Shown piece by piece: positions 6,885-16,561 of a stretch of DNA of 54,306 bases. Below the pieces are notes generated by a model. The model was given only the letters and a program-made list of their open reading frames with translations, had not been told where the DNA came from and ran no database searches. Position 1 is the first letter of the stretch. Every line of letters begins with the position of its first letter. The position numbers and the translations under genes are program-made. Origin of the DNA: Clostridia bacterium (GTDB taxonomy: Bacteria > Bacillota > Clostridia > Christensenellales > CAG-138); the NCBI GenBank assembly GCA_017440405.1, contig JAFSHG010000087.1, positions 1 through 54,306 on the forward strand, written 5' to 3'.

Positions 6885-8105
6885 ATGCCATCTGAATATT
6901 ATAACAGCCCCGGGCGTTACAAGCCGGGAAGAAAAAAACGCGGTACTTATAAGCCCAGAGGAAAGAGGGGATTGCCTGTTTTCGTGCGGGTTATTTTAGG
7001 CATTGCTGTGGTAGGACTGCTTACGCTCGGCGTTTTATTTGTTATCCCGGGAGTGGGCGGCGGCAGTTTTTCGCTCTTTCAAGCAAAGGACGACACACCT
7101 GTTGCGACACCAACGCCTGCACCCACCGCACATCCCATAGAAAACGCCAACACAGACAGCTTGATTCGTGATATCGCTATCACGGATACCAACTTCCAAT
7201 GGTTTGCGGACATGAACGTGTACGGCGATACGCTCATGTTCTGCGGTGGCGAGATTGTGGACGGCGATGCGTACATGACGGGCCTTTTCTCGGTTTCAAC
7301 GGATGAAAATGCTCCGAGGACGGCAAAGCGCACGAATATAATTTTGGAAAACGACCATATAATGTATCCGTGTTTTAACGATAACTGGCTGGTGTATCTG
7401 GACGCAAAAGCTTCAAGCGGCGGCAAGATAATGTGCAGTCCGTATTCGGGAGAATCTTCGGAGGCATTTTTAGTAAAAGAAGTGTATACGGGACATCCTG
7501 CACTGTTCCTCTCGGGGAATTTTTTGGCGTGGACGGAGCGCACGGGTACGAGCATGGATAAGTTGTATATTTACGACCTCACAACCAGGGAGAGTGCAAC
7601 TGTTCAGATGTTTAATAAAACCACATATTACGGCGTGAGTAAGCCTCACCTTTCGGGGAAACAGTTGGTATGGGCAGACGTGGACACGGAAAATTCCACG
7701 GGCAGCATGACGAGTCAGATTTGTATAATGAATACGGAATCGGGCGAGTTTTTATCATATAAGCCCGGTACATATGCACACGACCCTAAATCAAACGGTG
7801 ATAAATACATAGCTTGGATTACGGGGAATCACGGCACGGACAGTGACCTGTACATATCGTATGATATGGGCGAGGCGGAAAAAATAGCAGAGGGTGTTGT
7901 GGACTTTTATATGGATGAAAACTATCTCGCTTACCAGAAGGATGAGATGGTGTATGTTTATATTTTTTCAACAAAAGCTCAGTACAGGGTGAGCAAGAGC
8001 GGCCAGTGTGTGCAGCTCATAGGTGCATCGGGCGGATGCGTTATGTGGTCGGATGTGTCATCCAGAATGCGTGAAGTGCCTCAGTACATCGTAATACCCG
8101 AATAA
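6885..8105 (+). CDS. membrane-anchored protein with a probable beta-propeller ectodomain (hypothetical)
   Basis: 406-aa ORF with a basic N-terminus followed by a TM helix (VILGIAVVGLLTLGVLFVIPG). Motifs recur in the ectodomain: FLAWTERTG, QLVWADVD, YIAWITGNHG, YLAYQKDE. It ends 6 nt before radA. Confidence 0.6.
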   Translation: MPSEYYNSPGRYKPGRKKRGTYKPRGKRGLPVFVRVILGIAVVGLLTLGVLFVIPGVGGGSFSLFQAKDDTPVATPTPAPTAHPIENANTDSLIRDIAITDTNFQWFADMNVYGDTLMFCGGEIVDGDAYMTGLFSVSTDENAPRTAKRTNIILENDHIMYPCFNDNWLVYLDAKASSGGKIMCSPYSGESSEAFLVKEVYTGHPALFLSGNFLAWTERTGTSMDKLYIYDLTTRESATVQMFNKTTYYGVSKPHLSGKQLVWADVDTENSTGSMTSQICIMNTESGEFLSYKPGTYAHDPKSNGDKYIAWITGNHGTDSDLYISYDMGEAEKIAEGVVDFYMDENYLAYQKDEMVYVYIFSTKAQYRVSKSGQCVQLIGASGGCVMWSDVSSRMREVPQYIVIPE

Positions 8106-8111
8106 TCCGTT

Positions 8112-9482
8112 ATGGCAAAGAAGAGTTCCACAGTGTTTTTATGTTCCGAATGCGGATTTGAATCCGGCAAATGGTTGGGCTGCTGCCCTGCCTGCGGAGC
8201 ATGGAACTCACTGAGCGAATACACACCGCCAAAGGATGTACCCGCATCTGTGGCAGCATCGCTCACAGAGTCGCAAGTCATGCGGCTAAATGAAATAGAC
8301 ATCACGGAAACGGAAAGAATAAGTACGGGGGTATCTGAGTTTGACCGTGTTTTGGGCGGTGGTATAGTTCCTGCAATGGCGGTACTCATAGGCGGTGACC
8401 CGGGTATAGGAAAATCCACTTTGCTTATGAAGACGGCGTCTGAAATTACGTCTGATTTTCCGGTGCTGTACGTTTCGGGAGAAGAATCCGCCTCACAGTT
8501 GAAATTGCGTGCAATGCGCCTCGGTGCAAACAGTGATATGCTTGTTTTGGCAGAAAATTCACTTGAACGTGTAATAGCAGAGGCAGATAAGATAAAGCCC
8601 AAACTCATTATAATAGACTCTATACAAACCATGATAGCTCCCGATTCTGTGGGTGCAGCAGGGAGTATGTCGCAGATACGAGAATGCACTGCCTTGCTTT
8701 TGCGCTACACCAAATCGGCAGGAATAGCTCTTTTTATAGTAGGTCATGTGACAAAAGACGGTGCCATAGCAGGCCCCCGCACATTGGAACACATGGTAGA
8801 TACGGTGTTGTATTTTGAAGGGAACAGTCATGACTCTTTCAGACTGTTGCGTGCAGTGAAAAATCGCTTTGGCTCTACCAACGAAATAGGCGTGTTTGAA
8901 ATGACGGATACGGGGTTAGAGCCCGTAACGGACACTGCCGCCATCTTTCTCTCGGAACAGACAAACTCAGGCTGTGCCGTCACCGCAGTGCTGGAAGGTA
9001 CAAGACCCATGCTTGCAGAGGTTCAATCGCTGCTGTCGGCATGTCCTTTTGGAAATCCCCGTCGCATGTCCACAGGTTTTGACAACCACAGATTGCAACT
9101 TCTGCTTGCAGTTCTGCAACAGCATACACCGCTGCGACTGCATGATAAGGATGTGTACATAAACACCGTTGGCGGAATCAGAATGGACGATCGTTCAAAC
9201 GACCTTGCAATATGCATGGCAATAGCCTCAGCTTACTGCAATCGTCCCATGCAAAGGCATACCGCAGTTTTGGGTGAGGTGGGACTTACAGGCGAATTGC
9301 GTGCCGTAAGCAGAATAGCGGTCCGACTGAATGAATGTATGAGGTTGGGGTTTAAGAGGGTGATTATTCCAAAGATGAATTCTGCCAAGATAAGCGATTT
9401 GCCCAAGGATGCAGAGGTGATATGTGTGTCCACCGTGAGAGAGGCACTTGCAAAAGAGGATTTGCTGCACGGGAGAGAGTGA
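8112..9482 (+). CDS. radA: DNA repair protein RadA/Sms
   Basis: 456 aa with an N-terminal zinc ribbon CSECGFESGKWLGCCPACGAWN, Walker A GGDPGIGKST, the KNRFG motif, and a Lon-protease-like C-terminal domain. Confidence 0.95.
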   Translation: MAKKSSTVFLCSECGFESGKWLGCCPACGAWNSLSEYTPPKDVPASVAASLTESQVMRLNEIDITETERISTGVSEFDRVLGGGIVPAMAVLIGGDPGIGKSTLLMKTASEITSDFPVLYVSGEESASQLKLRAMRLGANSDMLVLAENSLERVIAEADKIKPKLIIIDSIQTMIAPDSVGAAGSMSQIRECTALLLRYTKSAGIALFIVGHVTKDGAIAGPRTLEHMVDTVLYFEGNSHDSFRLLRAVKNRFGSTNEIGVFEMTDTGLEPVTDTAAIFLSEQTNSGCAVTAVLEGTRPMLAEVQSLLSACPFGNPRRMSTGFDNHRLQLLLAVLQQHTPLRLHDKDVYINTVGGIRMDDRSNDLAICMAIASAYCNRPMQRHTAVLGEVGLTGELRAVSRIAVRLNECMRLGFKRVIIPKMNSAKISDLPKDAEVICVSTVREALAKEDLLHGRE

Positions 9483-9575
9483 CACATCTTGCACAATGGC
9501 TGTGTTATAGTGGGCGAAAATAATCTTAAAACCCGTTGAAAAATAACGAATATTTTTATAGAAACGAAAATGAAA

Positions 9576-9621
9576 CCGAGGCACACTCCGCAGGGAAGTG
9601 TGCCTCGGCCGTTGATTTTTT
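9576..9621 (+). terminator. rho-independent terminator after radA (possibly bidirectional)
   Basis: Hairpin CCGAGGCACACT..AGTGTGCCTCGG at 9576..9608 followed by a T-run at 9616..9621. Confidence 0.8.
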
Positions 9622-9633
9622 GTTATTCCAACA

Positions 9634-11154
9634 TCAATAGTCTTTGAGTCGTCCGCAAACGGTACATTTTTTCAGCAGCCAGCCCTTTAATTCACCGCCG
9701 CAATTCGGACATGCATCACATGCAAACAGACTGTCACGGAATGCGTATGTTCGGCATTCTATTTCGGGTGTGAGGTTATACACATCTTTCAGTGCGAAAC
9801 AGTCACGGAAAGCGTTTTCGCCTATCACTTTCAGTTTTGCGGGCAAGTCTAACGATTCAAGACCGCAGCCGCTGAATACATCATTTTCTATTACTTCAAG
9901 TTCGGCGGGCAGATGTATTTTTTTCATGCCGGTGCAATTTACGAATGCGCCTTCGCGTATATTCTTTAAGTGGTCGGGTAAAACCACGTTATCAAGCGAC
10001 TTACAGCCATAAAATGCCCTCGTATCTATGAGTTCCAAACTCTGTGGGAAAACTACCTTTTTCAGCGAGTCGCAGCCTGTGAATGCTCCCGTACCTATCT
10101 CGCACAAGCCCTCGGGGAGTACGATGTCTTCCAAGGAGACGCAATCTGAAAAGCTCTTCCAGCCGAGTTTTCTTACGGTGGGAGGTAAAGTGATGTGTAC
10201 GAGCTTTTTACAACTGCTGAACACGCTTGCGCCGAGTTCGCTCATTGTTGACGGCAAAATTACACGTTCCAAAGAAACGCAATCGTGCAAAACTCCGTTT
10301 TTCATTTCCACAAGTGAGTCCGGGAAAGTTATCTCACGCAAGCTGCTGCAAGCTGCAAAGGCACTGTCGCCAATGCTCAGGAGTCCCTCGGGCAATTTCA
10401 CGGCAGAAAGGGCACGACAACCCCAGAATGCATTTGCGTGGATGGTTTTCAAGTGCTCGGGCATATGAACCTGAGTGAGCGATGTGCAGCTCTTAAATGC
10501 CGAGCGGCTTATGCGCTCCAAACCGTCGGGAAGATAGACCGAGTGCAGTGAAAGGCAGCCCATGAAAGCTTCTTCATCTATGTCGGTGATGCCGAGAGGT
10601 ATTTCTATCTCACGAAGTGAAGCACAGTTTTCGAATGTGCCGTAGCCTATTTCACGGAGGTTATCCGGCATATTGATTTTTTGAAGCTGTGTACATCCCG
10701 AAAAAGCGTGCTTACCTATTTCGTCCAACTCCTGAGGTATATCCACCTGTACAAGTGATGTGCACGATGCGAAAGAATATTCACCTATTACATGAAGGGA
10801 ATGCGGCACATGTACCGAGCGCAGAGATCTGCAATTCTTGAAAGCAGCGTTATCTATGACCACAAGACCCTCGTGAAATTCAATGGTTTCAATCGAGCGA
10901 CAGTCAATAAATGCACTGAGCCCTATTTCCAAAAGGCTTTGCGGCAAATTCACATCTTTGAGCGATGTGCAGGAACAGAAGGCTTGCTTGCAAATTTTAG
11001 TGACGCCCTCCGGGATTGTAACTTTTCGTAACATGGTACAGTGATAGAAAGCCGCAGGACCTATCTCACGCACTCCATCCGGTATTGCTATTTCTTTATC
11101 CATTCCGCGGTATCTCACTAAAACACCGTCACGAATTTCCATATTTTGATTCAT
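9634..11154 (-). CDS. BspA-type leucine-rich repeat (LRR_5) protein with a C-terminal zinc ribbon and no signal peptide
   Basis: 506 aa made of about 20 tandem ~23-aa units of the form IPEGVTxIGxxAFxxCxSLxxV. The C-terminus is CDACPNCGGELKGWLLKKCTVCG. GGAGG lies 7 nt upstream of the ATG. Confidence 0.85.
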   Translation of the reverse strand: MNQNMEIRDGVLVRYRGMDKEIAIPDGVREIGPAAFYHCTMLRKVTIPEGVTKICKQAFCSCTSLKDVNLPQSLLEIGLSAFIDCRSIETIEFHEGLVVIDNAAFKNCRSLRSVHVPHSLHVIGEYSFASCTSLVQVDIPQELDEIGKHAFSGCTQLQKINMPDNLREIGYGTFENCASLREIEIPLGITDIDEEAFMGCLSLHSVYLPDGLERISRSAFKSCTSLTQVHMPEHLKTIHANAFWGCRALSAVKLPEGLLSIGDSAFAACSSLREITFPDSLVEMKNGVLHDCVSLERVILPSTMSELGASVFSSCKKLVHITLPPTVRKLGWKSFSDCVSLEDIVLPEGLCEIGTGAFTGCDSLKKVVFPQSLELIDTRAFYGCKSLDNVVLPDHLKNIREGAFVNCTGMKKIHLPAELEVIENDVFSGCGLESLDLPAKLKVIGENAFRDCFALKDVYNLTPEIECRTYAFRDSLFACDACPNCGGELKGWLLKKCTVCGRLKDY

Positions 11155-11313
11155 ACCTCAACCTCCTTCTTAATGTTAAAACATATTCGGCAACTTGCTC
11201 GGAAGTGCTGAAATACATTTAGGATACAGCGGACAAACAATGAAAAACCTTACTATCCTATCTGCACCTAACTACTTCCGAGCAAGCTTCACCCCTACTG
11301 GCTATTCTCCGAT
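11155..11313 (-). promoter_or_regulatory. long structured 5' leader of the LRR gene (nested inverted repeats)
   Basis: 13-bp outer stem CTTGCTCGGAAGT (11194..11206) / ACTTCCGAGCAAG (11274..11286). Inner stem TAGGATA (11220..11226) / TATCCTA (11254..11260). It lies downstream of the promoter at 11320..11348. Confidence 0.45.
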
Positions 11314-11319
11314 ACTCTT

Positions 11320-11348
11320 ATTATACAACAACCCAATCAGCTTTGCAA
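11320..11348 (-). promoter_or_regulatory. sigma-A promoter for the LRR gene (TTGCAA-17-TATAAT on the minus strand)
   Basis: -35 at 11343..11348, a 17-nt spacer, and -10 (forward attata) at 11320..11325. Confidence 0.55.
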
Positions 11349-11429
11349 CAATTTTATTAAAAAATATCATAAAAAATTCGCTATGAATTTCAAAAAGAAC
11401 AATGCACGGGCAAAAAGGCTATATCGGTG

Positions 11430-11458
11430 TTGACGAAACGGATAAAAAATCATATAAT
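11430..11458 (+). promoter_or_regulatory. sigma-A promoter for the FNT-ABC operon (TTGACG-17-TATAAT)
   Basis: -35 at 11430..11435, a 17-nt spacer, and -10 at 11453..11458, 60 nt upstream of the ATG at 11518. Confidence 0.6.
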
Positions 11459-11517
11459 CATTAAAAACGGTAGGTCGGTATTTTGCGGCATACATATAAA
11501 GTGAGGGAAGGTAGCAC

Positions 11518-12150
11518 ATGAAGAATAATAAAAAGAACTATCTGCGTATTTTTGCGGCTGCCGTGATGGCGGGAATTGCAATATGCATAGGTGCAGTGGC
11601 ATACCTTGTGACGGACAATAAACTGTTTGGAGCGGTCATGTTCTCGGTGGGGCTATATATCGTGCTCGTGAACAAATACTCACTTTTCACGGGTGCCGTG
11701 TGCTATATCCTGCAAAAGGATGGAACATCCCCTTTGGAGGTTATTATAACACTAATCGGAAATGCCGTGGGAGGATTTGTATCCGGCAGTGCCATACGCC
11801 TTACACGGCTCGAAGGTGTGGTAAAGAAGGCGGAGGAATTGGTGGCGGTGAAGTCGGACGATTCGCTTTTGAGCATATTTATTCTTGCTGTATTTTGCAA
11901 TTTTCTCATATTTTATGCGGTGGATTCATATAAGAAAAATCCCCATGATTTCGGTAAATATTTGGGAATACTTTTGTGCATACCCGCATTTATCATAAGC
12001 TCATACGAACACTGTGTGGCAAACATGTGCTACATATCCATAGCCTTTGACTTTGCACCCAAAACACTTGCAATGCTCGCTGTGGCGATTTTAGGCAACA
12101 CCGTGGGCGGCATTTTAGTCTGCAATATCACACGGTACATAAAAGAATAA
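11518..12150 (+). CDS. formate/nitrite transporter (FNT) family channel protein
   Basis: 210 aa, polytopic, with the FNT-like signature SSYEHCVANM and glycine-rich TM helices. Confidence 0.7.
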   Translation: MKNNKKNYLRIFAAAVMAGIAICIGAVAYLVTDNKLFGAVMFSVGLYIVLVNKYSLFTGAVCYILQKDGTSPLEVIITLIGNAVGGFVSGSAIRLTRLEGVVKKAEELVAVKSDDSLLSIFILAVFCNFLIFYAVDSYKKNPHDFGKYLGILLCIPAFIISSYEHCVANMCYISIAFDFAPKTLAMLAVAILGNTVGGILVCNITRYIKE

Positions 12151-12154
12151 AAAC

Positions 12155-12916
12155 ATGAAAAAAAAGTCATTGCCGTTCAAAATATTATACATCGCTCTTG
12201 TAGCCGTATTTTGGCTGGGCGTTTGGGAATTTGCATCGCTGATTGTGGATTCGCAGCTCATATTGCCGTCGCCCGGTGAAACGCTTCGTGCCTTTTTATC
12301 GCTTGCAGGTGAGAGTGATTTTTATATCACGGCATTGCTTTCCGTTTGCAGGATTTCCATAGGATTTATCTCGGGACTTATCTTAGGCGTTATCCTCGGT
12401 GTATTATGCGCCTTTTTAAAAACTGCCGACATGATTTTTGCACCGCTTCGCAGTATTATAAAGTCAACACCCGTCAGCTCATTTATTCTTCTGCTGCTTT
12501 TTTGGACGGACAGAGAACTTGTGCCGTCATTCATATCCATGCTTATTGTGCTTCCCGTTATACATTCGGGCGTATATGAGGGCATAAAATCCACCGACCC
12601 GCTCCTTATACAAATGGCAAACTTTTATAAAGTCCCTCGTATAAAGCAGATATTCACCATATACACGGAATCCGTAAAGACAAGGCTTACTGCCTCATCT
12701 GCCACAGCATTGGGTTTGGCGTGGAAAGCGGGGATTGCAGCGGAGGTTTTGGCAACACCTGCTCTTTCCATAGGTACGGAACTGTATGAGAGTAAGTTGT
12801 ATCTGGAAACGGAAAATCTTTTTGCATGGACTGCGCTTGTCATATTACTGTCGGTGATTTTGGAAAAGCTCATGATGCTTGCATTGCATTTTGCAGAGAG
12901 TAGGAGGGGCAAATGA
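12155..12916 (+). CDS. ABC transporter permease (NitT/TauT-like)
   Basis: 253 aa with about 6 TM helices. It starts 4 nt after the FNT gene and overlaps the downstream ATPase gene by 4 nt. Confidence 0.75.
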   Translation: MKKKSLPFKILYIALVAVFWLGVWEFASLIVDSQLILPSPGETLRAFLSLAGESDFYITALLSVCRISIGFISGLILGVILGVLCAFLKTADMIFAPLRSIIKSTPVSSFILLLLFWTDRELVPSFISMLIVLPVIHSGVYEGIKSTDPLLIQMANFYKVPRIKQIFTIYTESVKTRLTASSATALGLAWKAGIAAEVLATPALSIGTELYESKLYLETENLFAWTALVILLSVILEKLMMLALHFAESRRGK

Positions 12917-13488
12917 TTAAAGCACATAATATTACACTCGGCTATAATGAAAACATCGTACCGATAAAAAATTTCAGTTTTGATTTTTTGCACGGTGTCT
13001 ATTACATAAGGGGCATTTCAGGCAGCGGTAAAAGCACGCTTCTTTTAGGACTTGCAGGGTTGATGACGCCCGTTTCGGGGCGAATTGAAATGGGCTCCGA
13101 AAAAATTGCCATGGTATTTCAGGAATCACGCCTTGTCACAACATATAGTGCAGAGCAAAACCTATCTCTCGTGTGCAGCTCAGGCGATGAAATAAAGGAC
13201 GCACTTTCTAAGGTGGAGCTTTCGGAATTTGCAAAAAAGCCCGTATGCAAGCTGTCTGGCGGTCAGGCTCGACGTGTCGCCATAGCCCGTGCGCTCTGTT
13301 ACGGCGGTGACTGCATTATAATGGACGAGCCTTTTGAGGGGCTGGACGCTGCCTTGCGCAAGCGCATTGCGGTACATATCAGAACACGTTTTCCGCTCAT
13401 AATAATAGCGTCCCACGATGAGCAGGACGCTAAATTACTATCGGAAGACGGGGAATTAACCGAAATTTTCTTGGACGATAAAAACTGA
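12913..13488 (+). CDS. ABC transporter ATP-binding protein
   Basis: 191 aa with Walker A GISGSGKST, signature LSGGQARR, and Walker B IIMDEPFEGLD. Confidence 0.9.
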   Translation: MIKAHNITLGYNENIVPIKNFSFDFLHGVYYIRGISGSGKSTLLLGLAGLMTPVSGRIEMGSEKIAMVFQESRLVTTYSAEQNLSLVCSSGDEIKDALSKVELSEFAKKPVCKLSGGQARRVAIARALCYGGDCIIMDEPFEGLDAALRKRIAVHIRTRFPLIIIASHDEQDAKLLSEDGELTEIFLDDKN

Positions 13489-13560
13489 ATACGGTTTTGA
13501 TTACAGGCATGTCAAGAATAAGCTCTATGTAGTCAACACCGTGTATGTCGGGCTAATATA

Positions 13561-14280
13561 TCAATGCAGTTTGGGATTTAGTTTTGCAGGAGTTTCCCAC
13601 TTCATGCCTTTGGATTTCAGATACATTTTTTTTGCAGCCCAGTATGCATGACAGAAGTTTTCATCGTTTTTCTGTTCCTCACTGAAATTGGAAAACACCG
13701 ATTCGTTCATGTCATATATGAGATGCAGGTATTCGTCCGTGTGTTCCGTGGCAGATGCTATGAGCGTGCGACAAGCAGTTTCTGCGGCAGCGTTCACCAG
13801 CTCACGAATCTGTGCCGCCGTGATTTTACCGTTTGTGTCTATGTCCTCGCAAGCGTCATATACTCTGTTTTCGGGGTTTCCTGTGTTCTGTACCAAACAT
13901 GCGTTGTTTGCATAAAACCTGTCACGGGCTATTATGTTGCGGAACTTTGCAATCTTATATACAAGCTCCGGAATTTCGCCCATGAGCGTTTCATCCTCGG
14001 ATTGAGATGCACATTTGAGTGCCGACATGTAGCACTCCACGGCAAGGGGAAGATACGGTATGAAAGTGAAGTCATCTGCTAAAAACATGTATATCATACA
14101 CGCAGTGTCCATATCCGCATCGGTCAACTTCACATAGTCTTTCATGTGCTTGTACAAATCCAACATGTACGGCAACGCCTTATGCGGTATCACTATCTCG
14201 CCGTTTTCGGGTCGCATAACTGCATCCGTCTTCAACTTATCATGCACTATTCTGCTCTCTATCTGCTCTCTGTCTGTCAT
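13561..14280 (-). CDS. hypothetical cytoplasmic protein
   Basis: 239-aa ORF lying 20 nt downstream of hemZ on the same strand. I recognise no motif. Confidence 0.5.
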   Translation of the reverse strand: MTDREQIESRIVHDKLKTDAVMRPENGEIVIPHKALPYMLDLYKHMKDYVKLTDADMDTACMIYMFLADDFTFIPYLPLAVECYMSALKCASQSEDETLMGEIPELVYKIAKFRNIIARDRFYANNACLVQNTGNPENRVYDACEDIDTNGKITAAQIRELVNAAAETACRTLIASATEHTDEYLHLIYDMNESVFSNFSEEQKNDENFCHAYWAAKKMYLKSKGMKWETPAKLNPKLH

Positions 14281-14300
14281 TTTTTTTTCTCCTCAACTAA

Positions 14301-15779
14301 TTATTGCAAAAACAGTCTTTCTTTCTCGTCGTACACTGTATGGAGTTTGGACATGTATGTACCCACATCCTTGGGGTTTGGTATGCGCTCTACTCTGAGT
14401 GACCTGCCCGGGAAAACCCGCTTTGACATGGACCCTGCACCGTGTGCCATTATGCTCACGGTTTCTTCCATCATGTCGATGTTATACAGACACTCTGTAC
14501 CGGGCAGCGCATAACCTATGTTTTCCAGATTCCCACGCATGTATTTTTGCCTATACATGTAGTATGCATTCATGCCCTGCTTCTTTGCACTTTTCATACC
14601 TGCATCTACCATGAGCGACGCAATCTCTGTATCGGGCATTATGCTTGCTATTTCAGCGTCACCTATGACTTGTTTCAGTTTTGATGACCGTTTAAGTGCG
14701 AGTGTGTGAACCGTCATATTTTCGGGACGCATTTTTTCTATGCATTCCAAGGTGTACAACACATCTTGAATATCCTCACCGGGCAGACAGGTTATGATAT
14801 CGGTGTTTATGATAAATCCCATATCTCTTGCATTGTAAAACGCATCTTCAATTTCCGAAGGCGTATGGCTTCTGCCTATGAGCTTTAAAGTTTTTTCGTT
14901 CATACTCTGCGGGTTTACGGATATTCTGCCCACGCCGTGAGCTTTTAGAATTTCAAGCTTCTTACGTGTTATGGTATCGGGCCTGCCCGCTTCCGCGGTG
15001 AACTCATTTCCCATTGTGCCATAGCATTCGAGTGCAAAATCCAATACTTCCTCCAGCTCATCTTCTGTGAGAACCGTGGGCGTACCTCCGCCCATGTATG
15101 CTGCACGGATATTAAATTTACCGTCTTGCAACAGTCTTGCGCCAAGGCGTATATCCTCTTTCAGTGCGTTTATATATGGCCGCATATCCGTCTTTGCCGT
15201 GCGTATTTCAGATGCAAACGAGCAGTACAGGCAGCGTGTTTTGCAATAGGGTATGCCTATATAAATATCTACATCATTTTCTTCCACAGAGCGTATGAAA
15301 GGTCTCTGTGTATCCGCTGTTTCCTTTGCCACGGCGTATTTTTCGGGCTCTGTGTCAAAGAGGGAAAGCATCATATCTTTTGCAGAGTCAGTCCCCATGT
15401 CGTCTTCCAGTTCTCGCAGGAGTTTTGTGGGGCGAATCCCCGTGAGCGATCCCCACGGTACAAATGCGTTCGGGAATGCTTTTTTCATCATTCTGAATGC
15501 TGCAATTTTTATACAACGCTTTTTATGTCGCTTCACGGTGAGCGCATCGCCTTCAAAATACGGGTATTCAAATGTGTATTCGGAACAAAAATCGCCATCC
15601 GACGTAACACGGGCACACCAGTTATAATCGGTCTGAACAAGGCTTGTACATATCACGGTATCACATGCACCGTCATCTTCCGTGATTATGTGGGCATCAC
15701 TTAAAAACAGACGTATTTCATCTGAAATGTCGTTTGCAAATTCGGGAGTATCGGTTTTCAGCAGTATGGTATTACTCAT
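14301..15779 (-). CDS. hemZ: HemN-family radical SAM protein (coproporphyrinogen dehydrogenase HemZ-like)
   Basis: Radical SAM motif GIPYCKTRCLYCSF. The start was moved to the ATG at 15779 (MSNTILLKTD), which overlaps the upstream gene's stop by 8 nt (ATGAGTAA). The 56-codon extension in the ORF track overlaps the MBL gene. Confidence 0.8.
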   Translation of the reverse strand: MSNTILLKTDTPEFANDISDEIRLFLSDAHIITEDDGACDTVICTSLVQTDYNWCARVTSDGDFCSEYTFEYPYFEGDALTVKRHKKRCIKIAAFRMMKKAFPNAFVPWGSLTGIRPTKLLRELEDDMGTDSAKDMMLSLFDTEPEKYAVAKETADTQRPFIRSVEENDVDIYIGIPYCKTRCLYCSFASEIRTAKTDMRPYINALKEDIRLGARLLQDGKFNIRAAYMGGGTPTVLTEDELEEVLDFALECYGTMGNEFTAEAGRPDTITRKKLEILKAHGVGRISVNPQSMNEKTLKLIGRSHTPSEIEDAFYNARDMGFIINTDIITCLPGEDIQDVLYTLECIEKMRPENMTVHTLALKRSSKLKQVIGDAEIASIMPDTEIASLMVDAGMKSAKKQGMNAYYMYRQKYMRGNLENIGYALPGTECLYNIDMMEETVSIMAHGAGSMSKRVFPGRSLRVERIPNPKDVGTYMSKLHTVYDEKERLFLQ

Positions 15780-16413
15780 AGTCCATGTGGTTTGTGACCG
15801 GGTTGTTCCGGCGTTCAAATTCAAGCTCGGTACGTTCGCCGTGACCGGGAAGAACTGTATAATTGCCGTGGAGTGCGTACAGTTTATATAAAATGGAGAA
15901 TGATAGGTCCTCACGGTTTGAACGGTACAAGTCCGTGCGACCCACACTCAAACGGAATAGGGTATCTCCCGAAAAAATAACTTTTTCACTCTCTATGATG
16001 TAGCACACGCTGCCCGAGGAATGCCCCGGTGTATGCATAACGCAGATATCTATTCCGCACAGGTTCAAATTTTCGCCGTCAGACAGAAGTCTGTCCGCTT
16101 CACACTTTCTTGTGGTGGTACCTACAAATGCGGCAAGGTTTATCTTATCGCTCGTGAGGGCGTCTTTATCAGCGTCGTGTATCAGAACCTTTGCACCCAT
16201 GACTCGTTTTAAGTGTTCAACTCCGAGCAGGTGGTCAAAATGCCCGTGGGTGAGGAGTATATATTTGCAGTTCAGCCCCTCTTTATTCAAATAATCCTCC
16301 ACAAGCACACCGTCTGCAGGGTCTATAACCACACATTCGCTTGAAGGTTCGCTGTGCAACACATATGTATTTACGCTGAGCGGACCTGTTTCCAACACTG
16401 CTATTTTCAGCAT
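15772..16413 (-). CDS. MBL-fold metallo-hydrolase
   Basis: 213 aa with the zinc motif LLTHGHFDH and downstream TPGHSSGS and LPGHG. Confidence 0.85.
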   Translation of the reverse strand: MLKIAVLETGPLSVNTYVLHSEPSSECVVIDPADGVLVEDYLNKEGLNCKYILLTHGHFDHLLGVEHLKRVMGAKVLIHDADKDALTSDKINLAAFVGTTTRKCEADRLLSDGENLNLCGIDICVMHTPGHSSGSVCYIIESEKVIFSGDTLFRLSVGRTDLYRSNREDLSFSILYKLYALHGNYTVLPGHGERTELEFERRNNPVTNHMDYE

Positions 16414-16511
16414 TTATCTAAAAAATCCTTTCCGTATTACATGGCGATTTGAAAATCATCCGTGATTGTAATTGTACAACAAAACCATAAGTTTTTCAAC
16501 CAAAGCCATAC

Positions 16512-16542
16512 AAAAAAGAGGAAATCCATACAAGATGTCCTC
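16512..16542 (-). terminator. terminator after jag
   Basis: Minus-strand hairpin GAGGACATC/GATTTCCTC (one mismatch) followed by a T-run (forward A-run at 16512..16517). Confidence 0.55.
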
Positions 16543-16561
16543 CGATACAAAACTTTTACTT

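Noticed and set aside
15772-15779. The identical 8-nt stop/start overlap ATGAGTAA occurs at two unrelated gene junctions (MBL/hemZ at 15772..15779 and pyrK/pyrD at 29103..29110).
   Set aside because: This is a common translational-coupling arrangement, and an 8-mer coincidence needs no special explanation.
15780-15947. The track gives a 56-codon N-terminal extension of hemZ.
   Set aside because: The extension overlaps the 3' end of the MBL hydrolase gene. The conserved HemZ N-terminus starts at MSNTILL, where the ATG is coupled to the upstream stop.
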